Assembly (NCBI GenBank): GCA_000697335.1
Contig: JNEM01008663.1
Coordinates: forward strand, 1-41,237
Length of the DNA: 41,237 bases
Reading direction: 5' to 3'
DNA from: Conidiobolus incongruus B7586
Lineage: Eukaryota
The notes under the pieces were generated by a model that was given only the letters and a program-made list of their open reading frames with translations, had not been told where the DNA came from and made no database searches. The position numbers were made by a program, and so were the translations under genes. This document shows, piece by piece, positions 37,967 through 41,237 of this stretch. Position 1 is the first letter of the stretch. Every line of letters starts with the position of its first letter.

Positions 37967-39684
37967 ATGAAAACTTCCCCAAAGAAGACATCTCCTAAGA
38001 AAACTTCCCCCAAAAAAGTGAAAAAAGTATTGCCTATAAAACGGTATAAAAATGTATCGAGAAAGAAATTAGAGGATCAGCCAGAAATTCACACCAATAA
38101 AGGGGTCAGTAGAGTACCTTGGGAGCCAACTGCCACAACGACACATAACCCAAGTCCCATTGTATCGCGCCAATTTAGTCTCGATTTTAAGGGTTGGAGC
38201 AAGACCAAGAAAGATACATTAACCAAGAATTCCGAGCAATCTAAACAAAACGAAAATATTTCACCCGAAACAAGCGCCAAATCTAACGACGTAAGTTTGA
38301 AACAAGCGAAAAAACGATCCACTCCAAGTATTTCAGAAGATAACTACGTCGAAGCGAATCGATCCAATTCGCTACTAGCATTGGACGAGTGGCTCACATC
38401 TGACCAAGTGAATATCGAAGTAGTGGAACCAGATCATTCGAGTTCCAAATCCAGGGTACGAAGAAGCGTGAAATTTGTTCCAACCGACATTCCCGATGAA
38501 ATCGACGTAGCATCGTCCAAAAAAAATAAAAAGTCCAAAAAGTTGCAGGATTCCAAGTCACCGACGAAGAAGAGCTCGATTGATCAAGTTTTCCAACTTG
38601 ATTCAACACCTGACAAAGCTTCTGAATATAATAATAATAATGATAATAATAATGACGATATTGGCGCAGATGATCAACTTGCCAAATTCGACGATTCACC
38701 TGTCAAGCCCATATCCAAAAACAAGAGGCAAAAGAAGGTTGCTGATTCAGAGTCCACAGCTTCAACAAATACATCATCAGTGTCAATTGTTGAATTAGCG
38801 GAATTGGCACAGAGATTGGCAAAGGTAAATATATCGAGTAGTTACCAACTTATTTGGACCTAATTTACTATAATAGGAAAAAGAACAAACTTTGGAACTT
38901 GAGAGTGAATTGGCAGCTTTGAAAGCACAAAAGAATCAACTTAAACCAAATCCCCCCTTAACAGAAAATATATCCAATGGTAAATTTACACATTCAATTA
39001 TAAAATTTAGCAATATTGACCTAAATATTTAGATTATTCTGATGAGGTACAACAAGCGCAAGCTCACTTGCAGCACCTTCAAGCTCAATTAGCAGGACTG
39101 CGGAAAGAGAAAGAAGAAAACTTACTTACTTTAATCCACCATCTACGTGCATATTCAGGTAATTTACAATTCTCTCTATTTCAAACCAAACATTAAACAA
39201 TTTTTCAGATCAACAAATCCAGCTCAATACAATTAATAATTTCTCAGATGAGGCTCTCGACAAATTGAATATGAGTTATTTCCAATTTTATAAACTATGC
39301 ACTCAGTTAGACATCCATTATACTTCATGTACTCCAGACGATGTACGCAAACTCACGTCGCGGTATGGGAATGTCATGCCAATGGAAAAATTCCAATGTT
39401 CACAGGCAGGACCCCTAGGAGGTAATATTACAATTCCTTCATACTATACATATCACTAACAACTGTATATAGTTCATCACTTCAATCTCTTCACAATCCA
39501 AGACCAAGACACGGACACCACCATGCTAGGGTACGAACCTATCTTACCATCGCAACCCGGTGATCTCAGCTGGAAAGAACTCCCGGAGTACTTTCGCGAC
39601 TTCATCCTTTTCGACCTTGACCAAGGTGTCAACTTTCTAAGGAGGTTACTCTTCTTTATCTACCAAAGTAACCAATCCAAATAA
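37967..39684 (+). CDS. CSM1: Monopolin subunit Csm1/Pcs1-like protein with long disordered N-terminus, multi-exon
   Basis: Five exons splice in frame to a TAA at 39682-39684: basic disordered region, coiled coil, then FYKLCTQLDI...FQCSQAGPLGVHHFNLF...GYEPIL...ELPEYFRDFILFDLDQGVNFLRRL, resembling the Csm1 RWD-like domain. CTAAC...TAG just before the ATG means an upstream exon may exist. Confidence 0.65.
37973..38017 (+). repeat. Coding repeat (TSPKK)x3
   Basis: ACTTCCCCAAAGAAG ACATCTCCTAAGAAA ACTTCCCCCAAAAAA. Confidence 0.85.
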
Positions 39685-40099
39685 TCCTCAGTGAATTGTG
39701 TGGTTGTGATAATATTTAATGTCTGTGATATGGAGGCATTGTTGTAAATTATAAATTCAGTATATTTATTTTATGATATAAAATAAATATATATTTTTGT
39801 TTTTAAATTTATTAGTTTTTTAAAATTTTATCATAGTTTAAAAATTTAATTACTGAAAAAAATTTTAATAATAATAATTGAATTTATATATTTTTTCTCA
39901 ATTAATTTGAAATATTTGGTTAATTTTAAAAATTTTTCAAACAATTCAAAATTTTACTTGTTTTTTGTTAAATTATTTAAAGTAGTTAAAAAACATTTTT
40001 TACTAAAAATTAATTCAATATTTGTTAATTATAACAAATCTTATTGAATTTATTAATATTACTCAGTATTTTAAATAATGGGAATTTTTTGCAATTAAA

Positions 40100-41237
40100 A
40101 ATAAATAAACATTTTAATATATAATAAATAAAAATAATAATATAATATATTAACCTATAAAAATAAGTCATAAAATCAAAAACACTTATATTTTTACTAA
40201 TAACTTAATTAATATTTAATCAAATAAACTTAAATTAAATAATTAAAATTATATATATTTATTAATAATATAAACAATTAAATGATGATATTTAGTTATT
40301 AATTGGTTAAAATATCAACCTTTAAATTTTACCTAAGGTAAGTTATAAATTTATAAGTTTTTAATGATAAAAAAAATTAAAACTTAGTATATCTACCTTT
40401 AACTTTTTTAACTTCTTTAAGTTTATAAGGTATAAAATCAATTAACTTTTTATATTAAAAAAGATTAATCTTATTTTATTCTTTTTAAATATATTTTTAA
40501 AGCTGATTTAAATTTTTTATTAAAGAGAAAACTTTATAACTTTTTTTAATTAATTTTAAAAGTATTTAATTAAGGTTAATAAATTAAAAAAGCTATTTTA
40601 TAACTAATATTTTATTATTTTTAAGTTATTTAATAATAAAAGTTATAGTATTATAAAAGATATTATTTTATTAAAAAATTATATTAAATTTATATAACTT
40701 ATATTATTTAATGATTTTTTTTAATCTATTGTTTAAAATATTTTAATATATTTTAATATTAATTCCCTTATTAATTTTATAAAAATATTTTATATTTAAA
40801 AATAATATATATCTTTAAATAATAATTAACCTATTATTATATTTTTAAGTAAAACTAACATAATGTTTATAAAATAATTTTATATTTTTTTTTAAAATAT
40901 TTAACTTTTTTATTAAATTTACTAAAATATATTTTTGTTTTATTAAATTAAATAACCTAACTTTAATTAATTTTAGTTTAATTTTAATAGTGAAATTTAA
41001 ACTCTTATTTAACTTTATAATAAGATTTCTTTCATTAAAAGTATTTTATCTTAAAATATAATAGTATATATGTTAATATAAAATATATATAATAAAATTA
41101 GTGTTAATTAATATTCTTATATAATTTTATAATTTTTATTATATTTTTGTAATAATATTATATTAACTTAAATTAATTAACTTATAAATATATTTTTTAT
41201 TATATTTATTTATAATTTTAATATATTTAAATTTATG
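40100..41237. other. Extremely AT-rich, CpA/CpG-depleted non-coding tract, possibly a hypermutated repeat relic
   Basis: Hand count for 40321-41237 on the + strand: about 33 CT, about 3 CA and no CG dinucleotides. Other intergenic regions here contain many TCA/TGA triplets. Confidence 0.5.

Noticed and set aside
23038..39684. Zip3-like and Csm1-like genes in one window as a meiotic cluster or mating locus
   Set aside because: They are ~14 kb apart with unrelated genes between, and no HMG or homeodomain mating-type gene is present.

Overview
Eukaryotic, fungal genomic DNA with very AT-rich intergenic regions and many short (~50 nt) GT-AG introns. The style suggests an early-diverging fungus such as Conidiobolus/Entomophthorales; this is inference only. 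Intact genes, left to right: a fungal-specific transcription factor with a degenerate Zn2Cys6 motif, RSA3-like, ribosomal protein P2, glutaredoxin, two tandem RidA/Mmf1 genes, tRNA-Gly(GCC), THI5/NMT1, a DNAJC9-like J protein, a stand-alone protein of three piggyBac-type zinc fingers, TAF6, an AA11 LPMO and a Csm1/Pcs1-like monopolin subunit. Between ~19.0 and 28.2 kb lie three adjacent disrupted genes: a PMR1-type Ca/Mn ATPase, a Zip3/RNF212-like RING gene and SSL2/XPB. Highlights: (1) a 575-bp solo LTR with an exact 5-bp target duplication, 10 nt upstream of the tRNA gene; (2) the triple piggyBac cysteine-rich-domain protein with no transposase core; (3) a RidA duplicate pair in which the presequence-coding DNA of one copy is an intron in the other; (4) the ~9 kb pseudogene block; (5) a CpA/CpG-depleted, RIP-like right end. 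All family calls are from motif recognition by eye, without database searches.
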